A DNA stretch of 64,000 bases from Candidatus Woesebacteria bacterium (GTDB lineage: Bacteria > Patescibacteriota > Microgenomatia > UBA8517): contig JAGVAE010000001.1 of NCBI GenBank assembly GCA_020060565.1, forward strand, positions 130,671 to 194,670, read 5' to 3'. A program made the position numbers and the translations under genes. Positions within the stretch are counted from its first letter, which is position 1, and the number at the start of each line of letters is the position of its first letter. The notes under the pieces were generated by a model that did not search any database, was not told the DNA's origin, and was given only the letters and a program-made list of their open reading frames with translations. Positions 34,218 through 43,454 of the stretch are shown in pieces.

Positions 34218-34840
34218 TTGAGCTTTTAATTACGCTTTCTATTGTCGCGATTTTGGCCACAATTGCCATAATGTATGTTCGTGGTCAGGCGTTTAAAGGC
34301 AATGATGCCAGACGTAAGGCTGACATGGAAAGGATCAGGATTGCGGTTGAAGAATATGAAAAGGATCATAATTGTTATCCTCCTTATGTAATTTGTGGCA
34401 TTCACCCCGATCAGCCAATTTATCCTTATTTAAATAATGTTCCTTGCGACCCAGATACAAATGCTTCCTATTTTTATGATTATGAGGGAAGCACTTGTCC
34501 CAGCTGGTACCGTTTTTATTCAAAGTTATATTTTACACAAGATCCAGACGTCGTACCTGACATAGGGCCTAATTCAGCTTTCAATTATGTTACAGGCTCT
34601 GCGAATGCGCCAACTTCTGTACAATCAACTCCACCAAATACCTCATCAGTTCCGAATCCAACAGGTGGAATTGAAGAGCCAATTATAGAATCACAGTATT
34701 ACGGCTGCAAATCAGGAGCTTGTGTGCCGATTGCCTGGGACGAGACAAGACCGGGACCCGAGTGTGACCCTAGCTTTCAGAGCAGTGATTGCTATGGACG
34801 TTGTGGACCATCTGTTCTTGAGTGCAAAAATATAGAATAA
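34178..34840 (+). CDS. Type IV pilin-like protein
   Basis: The prepilin motif YTGFTLIELLITLSIVAIL is present. Confidence 0.65.
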   Translation: MGTKNYRYTGFTLIELLITLSIVAILATIAIMYVRGQAFKGNDARRKADMERIRIAVEEYEKDHNCYPPYVICGIHPDQPIYPYLNNVPCDPDTNASYFYDYEGSTCPSWYRFYSKLYFTQDPDVVPDIGPNSAFNYVTGSANAPTSVQSTPPNTSSVPNPTGGIEEPIIESQYYGCKSGACVPIAWDETRPGPECDPSFQSSDCYGRCGPSVLECKNIE

Positions 34841-34841
34841 A

Positions 34842-35426
34842 ATGAAATTTTTTTCCAAATCAGAACTAATATCGATAGCTGTAATTTTTTTGATTTTGAT
34901 TGTAGTATCTTGGCCAAATTTTACACTTAGTATGCGAAGAGCTCGTGATCAAATAAGAAGGGATGATATTGGAAATATTCAAGCAGCCATCGATGAATAT
35001 TTTGACGATTATGGTATTTTTCCTGCATCATCTACTGACGGCAAACTTGCTGTTTGTAAGGGACCCTGTGCTTGGGGACAGGATACTTGGATAAATCTTA
35101 CTCCAGGGGTAAATAAAACCTATATGAAGGTAGTTCCAGGAGACCCAAATTTGAGCAAAGGTATAAGTTATTCTTATTTTTCAGACGGCAGCCGTTATCA
35201 GCTTTTGGCATACCTTGAAGGTGAAAAAGATGAGATTGAATATGATGGGAGGCTTGAGAAACGTGGGGTTAAATGTGGAAACAAAATTTGTAATTTAGGA
35301 AGAGCCAATAATGTACCACTTTATATTTCAGTCGAAGAATATGGATTGCAGATTCTTTGTAGTCAATATCCTAAAAATGAAAAATGTATAAATTGGAAAC
35401 CTATTCCACCTGAACAATATGAATAA
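34842..35426 (+). CDS. Pseudopilin-like protein with degenerate leader
   Basis: An N-terminal hydrophobic helix is followed by ARDQIRRDDIGNIQAAIDEYF..YGIFP. This resembles the pilin ARD..R..D...I..A...Y....G.YP core. Confidence 0.45.
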   Translation: MKFFSKSELISIAVIFLILIVVSWPNFTLSMRRARDQIRRDDIGNIQAAIDEYFDDYGIFPASSTDGKLAVCKGPCAWGQDTWINLTPGVNKTYMKVVPGDPNLSKGISYSYFSDGSRYQLLAYLEGEKDEIEYDGRLEKRGVKCGNKICNLGRANNVPLYISVEEYGLQILCSQYPKNEKCINWKPIPPEQYE

Positions 35427-35907
35427 AAATGGATTCACATTAGTAGAACTTTTAGTTGTTATTTCGATTATTGGAATTCTTGCTTCCATTGGTTTGGTTT
35501 CTTTCAGAAGCGCACAGTTCAGAAGTAGGGATGCCCAGAGGAAGTCAGATATGAAACAGCTTACAAATGCACTTGAGCTTTTCTATTCTGATCATGGTAG
35601 ATATCCATCTTCAAATAATGGCCAAATAATGGCGTGTCCTTCGACAACAGAGACTGCGTGTGTTTGGGGTATATCCGAATTCAGTGACACAAAAACTACC
35701 TATTTTAAAGTCTTACCAAAAGATCCAACTACTGAACACACCTATTATTACAATACAGTGGCTGTTAATTCGGTAGATAATGCCGGATTTCAAATCTATA
35801 GCTATCTTGAAAATTCACAAGATCAGTCAATTATAACAACTGCAGTTTCTTGCGGAGGTGGAAAACTTTGTAATTTTGCCATAACTAGTCCTAATACAAC
35901 TCCCTAG
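35419..35907 (+). CDS. Type IV pilin / GspG-like pseudopilin
   Basis: The motif MNKNGFTLVELLVVISIIGILA...RDAQRKSDMKQLTNALELFYSDHGRYP is present. Confidence 0.7.
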   Translation: MNKNGFTLVELLVVISIIGILASIGLVSFRSAQFRSRDAQRKSDMKQLTNALELFYSDHGRYPSSNNGQIMACPSTTETACVWGISEFSDTKTTYFKVLPKDPTTEHTYYYNTVAVNSVDNAGFQIYSYLENSQDQSIITTAVSCGGGKLCNFAITSPNTTP

Positions 35908-35929
35908 TCGGAATAATATATAATAAATT

Positions 35930-36358
35930 ATGAATAAAGTTGGATTTACACTTATTGAGATGCTTGTAGTAATATCTATTATAGGAATACTTGCTACGCT
36001 TGTTACTGCAAATTTAAATTCAGCTAGATCCAGAGCAAGAGATACTCAGCGAAAAAGTGATATTAAAAATATTGCAACAGCTCTTCGTGTTTATTATAAC
36101 GATAAAAATAGGTATCCTGCGACTCTTCCATCCTGGGGTGAGCAGTGGAGCGATAGCTCTACTGTTTATATGCCAACTCTTCCCCGCGACCCTTTTTCCC
36201 CTACTCAAGACTATCGTTATATAATGGGAACAATATCTGATTCAACAGATACGGATTCATTTACTCTTCAAGCATGTTTAGAAAACAAGAGTGATGCAAA
36301 TGGAATTCCAGCTGAAAGTTGGTGTCCAACGGGGACAATGTTTCAAATCACACCATGA
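35930..36358 (+). CDS. Type IV pilin / pseudopilin
   Basis: The motif MNKVGFTLIEMLVVISIIGILA...RDTQRKSDIKNIATALRVYYNDKNRYP is present. Confidence 0.7.
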   Translation: MNKVGFTLIEMLVVISIIGILATLVTANLNSARSRARDTQRKSDIKNIATALRVYYNDKNRYPATLPSWGEQWSDSSTVYMPTLPRDPFSPTQDYRYIMGTISDSTDTDSFTLQACLENKSDANGIPAESWCPTGTMFQITP

Positions 36359-36879
36359 TAACTAAGTACAAAGTACTAAGTACTAAGTACTCAGCATTTA
36401 CGCTGATAGAGCTTCTCGTGGTAATTTCCATCATTGGGATTTTAGCTGGACTTGCCGTTGTATCTTTTACATCTAGCCAGAAACAAGCCAGAGATACTGC
36501 AAGAAAAAGTGATCTATCGCAATATAGAAATTTACTTGAGACTTTTGCTAACAAAAATAATGGACTTTATCCCCTTTACTCAACTACTACGACAGCTGCA
36601 GGCAATCCTTGTACGGCTCTAAATACTAACCTAGGAGGAAGTGGTAGCTGTCCAGAAGATCCTAAATTTGAGAGTGGAGCAGATTACCCTCAGTATAGTT
36701 ATCAATCAGATGGATCAGGAAGTACTGGGTTAGCAGCCGCAACAGAGTATGTTCTTTGGGCTAAACTTGAAAACGAAACAAATATGCTTTGGGTTGTTTG
36801 TTCAACTGGACAGTCTGGAAAAGCGGCATCAACAACAACTATAACTGGTGGAAACTGTCCATCAGGACTTACACCATGA
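36355..36879 (+). CDS. Type IV pilin paralog with long leader (MITKYKVLSTKYSA|FTLIEL)
   Basis: The start overlaps the upstream stop (ATGA). The prepilin motif SAFTLIELLVVISIIGILAG is present. The 5' ~50 nt are nearly identical to the next gene. Confidence 0.65.
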   Translation: MITKYKVLSTKYSAFTLIELLVVISIIGILAGLAVVSFTSSQKQARDTARKSDLSQYRNLLETFANKNNGLYPLYSTTTTAAGNPCTALNTNLGGSGSCPEDPKFESGADYPQYSYQSDGSGSTGLAAATEYVLWAKLENETNMLWVVCSTGQSGKAASTTTITGGNCPSGLTP

Positions 36880-37346
36880 TAACTAAGTACAAAGTACTAA
36901 GTACAAAGTACTCAGCATTTACGCTGGTAGAGCTTCTTGTGGTAATTTCCATTATTGGTATTTTAATTGGGCTTTCTGTTTTTGGGCTTCAAGGGGCAAG
37001 GAAAGCATCTCGTGATGCTGTTCGAAAAGCTGATTTGGAACAAATAAGATCAGGACTTGGTATGTATAAAGCGGATTGTGACCTTTTCCCATCAGATTTA
37101 AACCTATCTTCGGCTACAAGCTTGCGTGGTGATGGCAGTACTACTGCCTGTTTAGTATCCAATGTTTATATCTCAGAAATTCCAACAGATCCAATTTCAC
37201 CAGCAGCTTCATACGTTTATAGTTCATCCGATGGAATAACTTACACAATTTGCGCCTCACTTGAACAAGGGGGTACGACAATCTCTTGTGGAGGATCAAC
37301 CAACTGTGGTGGAGCTACATGTAACTACCAAGTTTCAAACCCATGA
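36876..37346 (+). CDS. Type IV pilin paralog with identical long leader
   Basis: It begins MITKYKVLSTKYSAFTLVELLVVISIIGIL and overlaps the upstream stop with the same ATGA arrangement. Confidence 0.65.
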   Translation: MITKYKVLSTKYSAFTLVELLVVISIIGILIGLSVFGLQGARKASRDAVRKADLEQIRSGLGMYKADCDLFPSDLNLSSATSLRGDGSTTACLVSNVYISEIPTDPISPAASYVYSSSDGITYTICASLEQGGTTISCGGSTNCGGATCNYQVSNP

Positions 37347-37840
37347 CATGCAGACGAGGCTATACACTGATAGAAATTTTAGTAGCAGTTTCCATAATTG
37401 GGATTCTTTTTAGTGTTGGTTATGCCAACTTCAGAGCATTTTCCCAGCGTCAAGCTGTTAAAGATGCAGCAAAGTTGATTCAGGCAGACTTAAGACTTAC
37501 TCAACAAATTGCCCTTTCTGGACAAAAACCAACTGACATAAATTGTAATTCCCCAGTCAACTCCCTTAATGGTTATTTTTTTACAATTCTTTCAGAATCC
37601 GTTTATGAGGTAAGAGCAAGTTGTACTGGAGGAGTTGTTTCTGAGGCAACAAAAACAGTAAATCTGGGAACTGGAGCGGTGTTTTCTTCTCCTTTCCCCT
37701 CCCCTAATCCAATACTATTTAAAGTTTTAGGAAATGGAACCAACATTCCAGATGGAGAAAATGTAATTATTGGTATAGTACAAATTGGAACAAATAATCA
37801 ATCAACCATTACAATTAGTTCAGGAGGACAAATACAGTGA
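37343..37840 (+). CDS. Minor pilin-like protein
   Basis: The motif RRGYTLIEILVAVSIIGILFSV is present. Confidence 0.6.
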   Translation: MTCRRGYTLIEILVAVSIIGILFSVGYANFRAFSQRQAVKDAAKLIQADLRLTQQIALSGQKPTDINCNSPVNSLNGYFFTILSESVYEVRASCTGGVVSEATKTVNLGTGAVFSSPFPSPNPILFKVLGNGTNIPDGENVIIGIVQIGTNNQSTITISSGGQIQ

Positions 37841-38295
37841 ACAAAGGGCAATCATTGTTTGAACTACTTATTGCGATTGGCATAAGTGCACTAATTATTG
37901 TTGTTTTGGTTTCGTTGGTATCTAGCGCCCTACAAAACGCAGCATTTGCAAAAAATCAAACCCTTGCAGGTAGATATGCCCAAGAAGCAACTGAATGGCT
38001 GAGAGGACAAAGAGATGTAAGTACCAACGCTTTCAGAGCCAATGTAGCATCTCGTCCATATGAGATTCCTAGGTGTTTTAATACTTTAAATTGGGTTTCA
38101 ATAGGCCCTTGTGGAGAGGGTGACACTATTGATGGACAGTTTACAAGACAAATTTCATTTAAAACTGTAAATGCTGAAGTAGATGGGGTTACAAAAGATA
38201 TAATTCAAACGGATGTAGTGGTTTCCTGGACAGATTCGAAAGGGTTGCATCAAATAACAAATGCAACAGATTTTTCAGATTGGAGGCAAAGATGA
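37837..38295 (+). CDS. Minor pilin-like protein (PilV/PilW-like)
   Basis: The motif MNKGQSLFELLIAIGISALIIVVL is present. Confidence 0.55.
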   Translation: MNKGQSLFELLIAIGISALIIVVLVSLVSSALQNAAFAKNQTLAGRYAQEATEWLRGQRDVSTNAFRANVASRPYEIPRCFNTLNWVSIGPCGEGDTIDGQFTRQISFKTVNAEVDGVTKDIIQTDVVVSWTDSKGLHQITNATDFSDWRQR

Positions 38296-38783
38296 ACAAT
38301 AAAGGAATGTCTCTGCTTGAGATATTGGTTGTTGTATCAGTTTTCTCAATTCTTGGAATACTGATAACCAGGTCAATTCTTCTGACTCTTGGAGGTGGGA
38401 AAAAAAGTGAGTCACTAATAAAAATAAGAGAAAACTTGAATTATTCAATTGCTGTTATGGAAAGACAATTGAGAAATGCAGACTCGATAGTTGATTGTTC
38501 AAATTCTGATACAGTTTCAATAACCTACCTAGATCAAAATGGTATAGCCTCGTCTTTTTCTTGTGTAGCTGGAAGTGGAGGTTTGGCAGGATACGTGGCT
38601 TCAGGATCTGCAAAGTTATCTTCAGATACTGTCAACATCACAAATTGTTCTTTTGTTTGTGCATCCTCCTCAGGTACTCCATCTTCAGTTACAATAAATC
38701 TTGAAGGAACTGATGCATCAACAAGAGGGATTGAAAATACGATAGTTACTGCAAAAACCCAAATCTTTCTTAGAAACTATTAA
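38280..38783 (+). CDS. Minor pilin-like protein
   Basis: The motif NNKGMSLLEILVVVSVFSILGIL is present. The real start is probably the Met at 38292. Confidence 0.55.
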   Translation: MEAKMNNKGMSLLEILVVVSVFSILGILITRSILLTLGGGKKSESLIKIRENLNYSIAVMERQLRNADSIVDCSNSDTVSITYLDQNGIASSFSCVAGSGGLAGYVASGSAKLSSDTVNITNCSFVCASSSGTPSSVTINLEGTDASTRGIENTIVTAKTQIFLRNY

Positions 38784-38804
38784 AACTATATAATAGTTCA
38801 CAAT

Positions 38805-39425
38805 ATGAAGCTTTATCTTGTTAGACACGGAGAGTCGCTGGCAAACAAAGAAGGATTTCATCACACACCAGAAACCCCTCTTTCAGAAGATGGAATAAAA
38901 CAAGCAAAAACAGTGGCTGAAAGATTAAAAAATATTGAGATCGATTTTATTTATTCAAGTCCTCAAAAAAGAGCTAGACAAACGGCTGAAATAATATCAA
39001 AACAAAAAAACCTTCCCATTGAGTTTTGGGATTTCTTAAGGGAAATTAGAGTTCCATCTGAAGTTTGGGGAAAATCTATCAATGATCCTGAGATAAAAAA
39101 GATTGATAACACTTACGATCTCAAATTTTTAAAAAATGAACGGTATTCGGATGATGAAACATTCGTGGAATTGGCAAATAGGGCTCAAACAGTTCTTGAT
39201 CACCTACTTGATAAACATAAAGCTGAGAATGTTCTTTGTGTATCACATAGCACCATGACTAAAATGATTGTTGCAAAAATAATTTTTGGAAATACTCTAA
39301 TCCCCACACAGTTTATCCTTTTGAGGAAGCATTTATGGGCAAAAAATACAGGAATTACTATTTGTGAACACTCAAAAAAATATGGCTGGAGTCTTAATAC
39401 CTGGAACGACTCAAGCCATTTATAA
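38805..39425 (+). CDS. Histidine phosphatase family protein (phosphoglycerate mutase-like)
   Basis: The RHG catalytic motif appears at the N-terminus (MKLYLVRHGESLAN), and a distal SHS motif is present. Confidence 0.65.
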   Translation: MKLYLVRHGESLANKEGFHHTPETPLSEDGIKQAKTVAERLKNIEIDFIYSSPQKRARQTAEIISKQKNLPIEFWDFLREIRVPSEVWGKSINDPEIKKIDNTYDLKFLKNERYSDDETFVELANRAQTVLDHLLDKHKAENVLCVSHSTMTKMIVAKIIFGNTLIPTQFILLRKHLWAKNTGITICEHSKKYGWSLNTWNDSSHL

Positions 39426-39440
39426 TTTATGGAGCTACTT

Positions 39441-39854
39441 CTAAAACGAAGTTGTTATACCTACTTTTTTAAAACCTTTGTCTAAGGTAAAGACCTCATC
39501 CAATTTAAAGGATTTTATTAAAGAATAGATAGAAGCGTCAGTAAACGAGAGATTGTGTTCTGAAAATTTTATCATGGCATCTTCTGAATCTTTGAATATT
39601 CCATCCTCAATTTGGAAGACCCTCAATTTCTCATCCTTTTGAAGCTTAATAATTCTATCTATTGTTATTTTCAAAGCTCCGGAGCCATAATCATAAAGAA
39701 TTCTAGTATATAGTTCTGAAAGTACAAATATATTAGTGAAAAATAACGAATCTTCTTTTCTGTATTGATTGTATTTTTCAAGACACTTTTTGTGCCAGAT
39801 GTCTGTTTTTACCAAAATAGCAATTAATGGTCCAGTGTCAATAAATACTTTCAT
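39441..39854 (-). CDS. vapC: PIN-domain toxin VapC
   Basis: The first acidic residue lies in MKVFIDTGPLIA, with later conserved acidic residues (FTDASI, TLDKGF). It is 137 aa. Confidence 0.65.
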   Translation of the reverse strand: MKVFIDTGPLIAILVKTDIWHKKCLEKYNQYRKEDSLFFTNIFVLSELYTRILYDYGSGALKITIDRIIKLQKDEKLRVFQIEDGIFKDSEDAMIKFSEHNLSFTDASIYSLIKSFKLDEVFTLDKGFKKVGITTSF

Positions 39855-40105
39855 TTGTTGTAGTAAATATCATCAACCTTTTCTGAAGAATTTGTTACAC
39901 TCTTACCCTTTGTATTAATAATGCCAATTATCTCATCAAGATCTCCAATTTTATCGGAAAATGCAGGAGAAATTTTAACAAGATTTTGAGCCAAAGAATT
40001 TATAGCCATGCGAATCAAGGCTGAGCGTGGAATATTCGTTTCTTTCTCGAAATTATCTATTATGCTCACCGATCGGGAGTTTAAGTAAACCTGATATCTT
40101 TTCAT
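39851..40105 (-). CDS. VapB-like antitoxin (ribbon-helix-helix/CopG-like)
   Basis: The 84-aa ORF overlaps the vapC start by 4 nt. The segment PRSALIRMAINSLAQNL fits an RHH strand-helix. Confidence 0.45.
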   Translation of the reverse strand: MKRYQVYLNSRSVSIIDNFEKETNIPRSALIRMAINSLAQNLVKISPAFSDKIGDLDEIIGIINTKGKSVTNSSEKVDDIYYNK

Positions 40106-40143
40106 AAATATACATTACACCAGATGGTGTATATTTGTCAAGG

Positions 40144-42876
40144 CTAGGGAGCTACTTCTTTCCAGTTAATTCTTCTGTAGCCAAACACTTTGGGGAAAAG
40201 CATAATTTGATCAGGGGCATATTCAAGATATTCTGATGGATCACTATTCCCGTCATTTCCCAAATCTCTTTCAAGAGCTACCCCACCATATGCAACAATG
40301 CTTCCCCTGGTCCAAAGCTGTGTTTCCCCAATTCCAGTACTTACTGCACCGTTTGCAAAATAAAGCCCTTCTAAGTCAGGCTCACCGCTATCTCCAAGAG
40401 TGGGGTCAATAACAATGTTTCCATTTACAACTAGCATGAAAAACCCTTGTCCGTCGACTAAATTAATATTACCTGTAATATTTACATTGGCATTGTCGAC
40501 CATAACAATTACCTTTCTTGTTCCAATATTTGTTTGAGGAATGGTTAAGTCCTGATTGCCAGAAGTTACTCCATCATATTTATACCAATAGTAATCATTA
40601 GAATCGGGTATTCCACCGCTCGATAAACTTCCTGAAACATCAGCTACATCAACCGAATTCATTAAAGACAATATGTCATCGGGGATTTGGTTTGCAAAAT
40701 AGGCATAATCATAACCACGAAGTCCAATAGGAGAACTGTTTACAAGCCACCCCACAGCTGAAACATCTTCTGCAGTTAAACTAGTTGTTGTGGCGTATGC
40801 AGGAATTCCAGGAAATCCTCCAAGACCAGGAAGATTAAAATAAGACCCTGTTGGAACCATGCTGGTCAAATCTCCCGTGCTTTGAATATCACTATCCCCA
40901 ACCTGCCACCAAGCCTGAGCACATTGATCAAAAACTAGAAATCTGGGGGGCGTTGCACTCATCCAAAGACCTTTACTTATATAGCCATATACTTTGACTT
41001 CATAGGTACCTAAGGGAAAACCAGTATAGCTAATGGGAAAGCTAACGGTCCTGTCATTTCCATTCACGGAAGTTGTTACATTTCCAGTTATACTTGCACC
41101 TAGTCCCGTAATACTTGAGGTAATGTTTCCTGTATCAAGATCTTCTGCCATAACAGCCATTTTTTGAACTCCTCCTTGGTATAAACCAACGTAGACTTTA
41201 CTTATTTCATCTCCTCCATTTTCTTTTAAAGAAGTAACTGTGGCGTCAAAAGTGATCTTTCCTCTTGGAAATTCATTACACACACTGTTAGCCCCTCCCA
41301 CCCCAGGAGGAACTATTGTGTTTGTTCTATTTTTCAGAACTAAGTTTTTAAGGGAAACTTCAGGGGATCCAACAGTGAAAGTGTAAATGGGGCAATTAAT
41401 ACTTCCCATTGTGTTTCCACCTACTGCACCAATAGTCCATTTGTATTGACCCTCAACACCATCTGTTGAATAATTAGCAACTGAAATAGCATCAATACCA
41501 ACCTGAGTAACAGGAGGATCCACCTTTTCAACAGTTATGGTATGGTGACCATTTGCCATTTTTGGTGAGACCCACTCATTATAGTGCTGCCAGTAATCAC
41601 TTTCCTTGTTGGGGTATAAATCTGAATATCCCTCTTGAATCTGGTATAGAACGTTATCTATATAAACATCTAAGATTGGAGCTGGATAATTAGCTATATT
41701 GCCATCTCCCCAAACATACGTTCCCCCTGGCATATTATTGCCGTAAATAATACTTAACCTATCACCCGTAAATGTAAAATAACCATATACACCAGGAGCA
41801 GAAACCTGCATAAAGTATCCACCATAAGCATTAGGATGATCATATCTTGTCCAACCGTTTCTACCGCCAGTAAATGTTATTGCTGGATGATTATCATCAT
41901 ATACAGTATTTCCAACAACAGCAGCATCAAAATTGGGATAATAATACCACCATGGTGCAGAGAAAGTGGCATTATGAGTTCCATTGGAAAGGGTGGGACT
42001 TGTCCAAACCTTTTGCCAGGCAATTTTATCCCTGTTTATCTGTTGATCAATAATTACCGCGTTTTCACTGTCCCCATCAATAGTAACCTTCATCTTTCCT
42101 CCATAGGGACGTTTCGGATAACTTATCACGAAACCTTCTCCATCAATCTCGTAGGTTGCCGAGGCTCCTGTTTGGGAGGTTGTTTTTGCAGTGCTGTTAA
42201 TAAGATAGTCATTTGTAACATTTTGCCAAGAACCTGAATAGTTTAATAAATTGTCGTCGTATGTAATACTTTTTCCATATGAAATTCCTGGCGTGTATGT
42301 ATATGCAGGAGAAGGATCACCTGAGTAGAGAGCGGTACCTTTGTGATATGCTACTTTTCGGGAATAATTTATATTATTTGGTCCTGGATAGGTTTTATAT
42401 AAATTTACGTGGGCTTCGTCATAATGATATTCACCTTCTCCAGTAGGTCTACACCAATAGTATCCTCCCGAATGGCTATCATATCTAAAGCTGTATTCCC
42501 ATCGAAGTGTGAGAGAGTCTTCAATTTCAATAGTGGAGTTGTCGGCAGGATAACTTGCATAGGGGCAATTTGGCCTACAAACATCATAACTCCCCCCACC
42601 TTCTTCTGCTTCTCCAACGTCGCAACAACCAGGCCATCCACTAATATTACATGAATATTGTCCTGGTCCACATTGTGAATCTGTGCAACTGCCAGGATTA
42701 CTGCAGCCTTCCTGATAATCGACGCAAATATCCAGGTTATTAAAACCACAAGGATAATAATAGGCCGTTATTTCACAACCACACTCAGCTTCGGTTGCAC
42801 TAATTTTTACAGGAATAAGTAACGAAATTATAATAAGAGACACGAAAACAATAATTTTAGATATTATAAGTTTCAT
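40144..42876 (-). CDS. Giant secreted protein (910 aa) with a Cys-rich N-terminal module and Gly/Tyr/Trp-rich beta-rich body
   Basis: It has an N-terminal signal peptide MKLIISKIIVFVSLIIISLLIPVKISA. About 20 Cys fall in the first 100 mature residues. No sorting signal is present. Confidence 0.5.
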   Translation of the reverse strand: MKLIISKIIVFVSLIIISLLIPVKISATEAECGCEITAYYYPCGFNNLDICVDYQEGCSNPGSCTDSQCGPGQYSCNISGWPGCCDVGEAEEGGGSYDVCRPNCPYASYPADNSTIEIEDSLTLRWEYSFRYDSHSGGYYWCRPTGEGEYHYDEAHVNLYKTYPGPNNINYSRKVAYHKGTALYSGDPSPAYTYTPGISYGKSITYDDNLLNYSGSWQNVTNDYLINSTAKTTSQTGASATYEIDGEGFVISYPKRPYGGKMKVTIDGDSENAVIIDQQINRDKIAWQKVWTSPTLSNGTHNATFSAPWWYYYPNFDAAVVGNTVYDDNHPAITFTGGRNGWTRYDHPNAYGGYFMQVSAPGVYGYFTFTGDRLSIIYGNNMPGGTYVWGDGNIANYPAPILDVYIDNVLYQIQEGYSDLYPNKESDYWQHYNEWVSPKMANGHHTITVEKVDPPVTQVGIDAISVANYSTDGVEGQYKWTIGAVGGNTMGSINCPIYTFTVGSPEVSLKNLVLKNRTNTIVPPGVGGANSVCNEFPRGKITFDATVTSLKENGGDEISKVYVGLYQGGVQKMAVMAEDLDTGNITSSITGLGASITGNVTTSVNGNDRTVSFPISYTGFPLGTYEVKVYGYISKGLWMSATPPRFLVFDQCAQAWWQVGDSDIQSTGDLTSMVPTGSYFNLPGLGGFPGIPAYATTTSLTAEDVSAVGWLVNSSPIGLRGYDYAYFANQIPDDILSLMNSVDVADVSGSLSSGGIPDSNDYYWYKYDGVTSGNQDLTIPQTNIGTRKVIVMVDNANVNITGNINLVDGQGFFMLVVNGNIVIDPTLGDSGEPDLEGLYFANGAVSTGIGETQLWTRGSIVAYGGVALERDLGNDGNSDPSEYLEYAPDQIMLFPKVFGYRRINWKEVAP

Positions 42877-43430
42877 TGGCTACATCCTTCCTTTTCTATA
42901 ACTCCAATTATTTTATATTTTACATTTACTCCCCAAGCTCTTAAAACATATTTACTCTTTTCGGGGTTGTCCATGTAGGTTACTGTAACAAAATACTCGT
43001 TATCCATTTGTTTTCTCCACAAGTCAAAATCTCCAGTTAGTTCTTCTATTACAGTGACTTCGTGAGTTCCTAGGGAGTTTCTGTTTTTTAAACTATTTAT
43101 TCCTTGACATACATCCTTAAAACCATATACACTATGGGACCTATTATGACTAAATCTCATCAAGCCACTTAATGTCCACATTCTGAATCCTTCTCCATCC
43201 TCTCCAGCATAAAATCCGTTAATTTTTTTGTTAGGCCCACGGTCCACAAAATCGATCCAGGTATATTTTTTATTTGGGATATTTGGAATTAGATAATTAA
43301 ACGCTACTGTTAATATTCTAAATCCACCAGTTTTGTAAAAAAAGATACCAAAAAGAGTCAATGTAGCGATAGAAATAAGTACAATAGAAACTTTCACAAA
43401 CAACTTAATATTGGGACCAACACTGGACAT
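42873..43430 (-). CDS. Membrane-anchored hypothetical protein
   Basis: It has a single N-terminal TM helix and overlaps the downstream start by 4 nt. Confidence 0.35.
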   Translation of the reverse strand: MSSVGPNIKLFVKVSIVLISIATLTLFGIFFYKTGGFRILTVAFNYLIPNIPNKKYTWIDFVDRGPNKKINGFYAGEDGEGFRMWTLSGLMRFSHNRSHSVYGFKDVCQGINSLKNRNSLGTHEVTVIEELTGDFDLWRKQMDNEYFVTVTYMDNPEKSKYVLRAWGVNVKYKIIGVIEKEGCSQ

Positions 43431-43454
43431 TAAGTTATATTAACATACTAGTTA

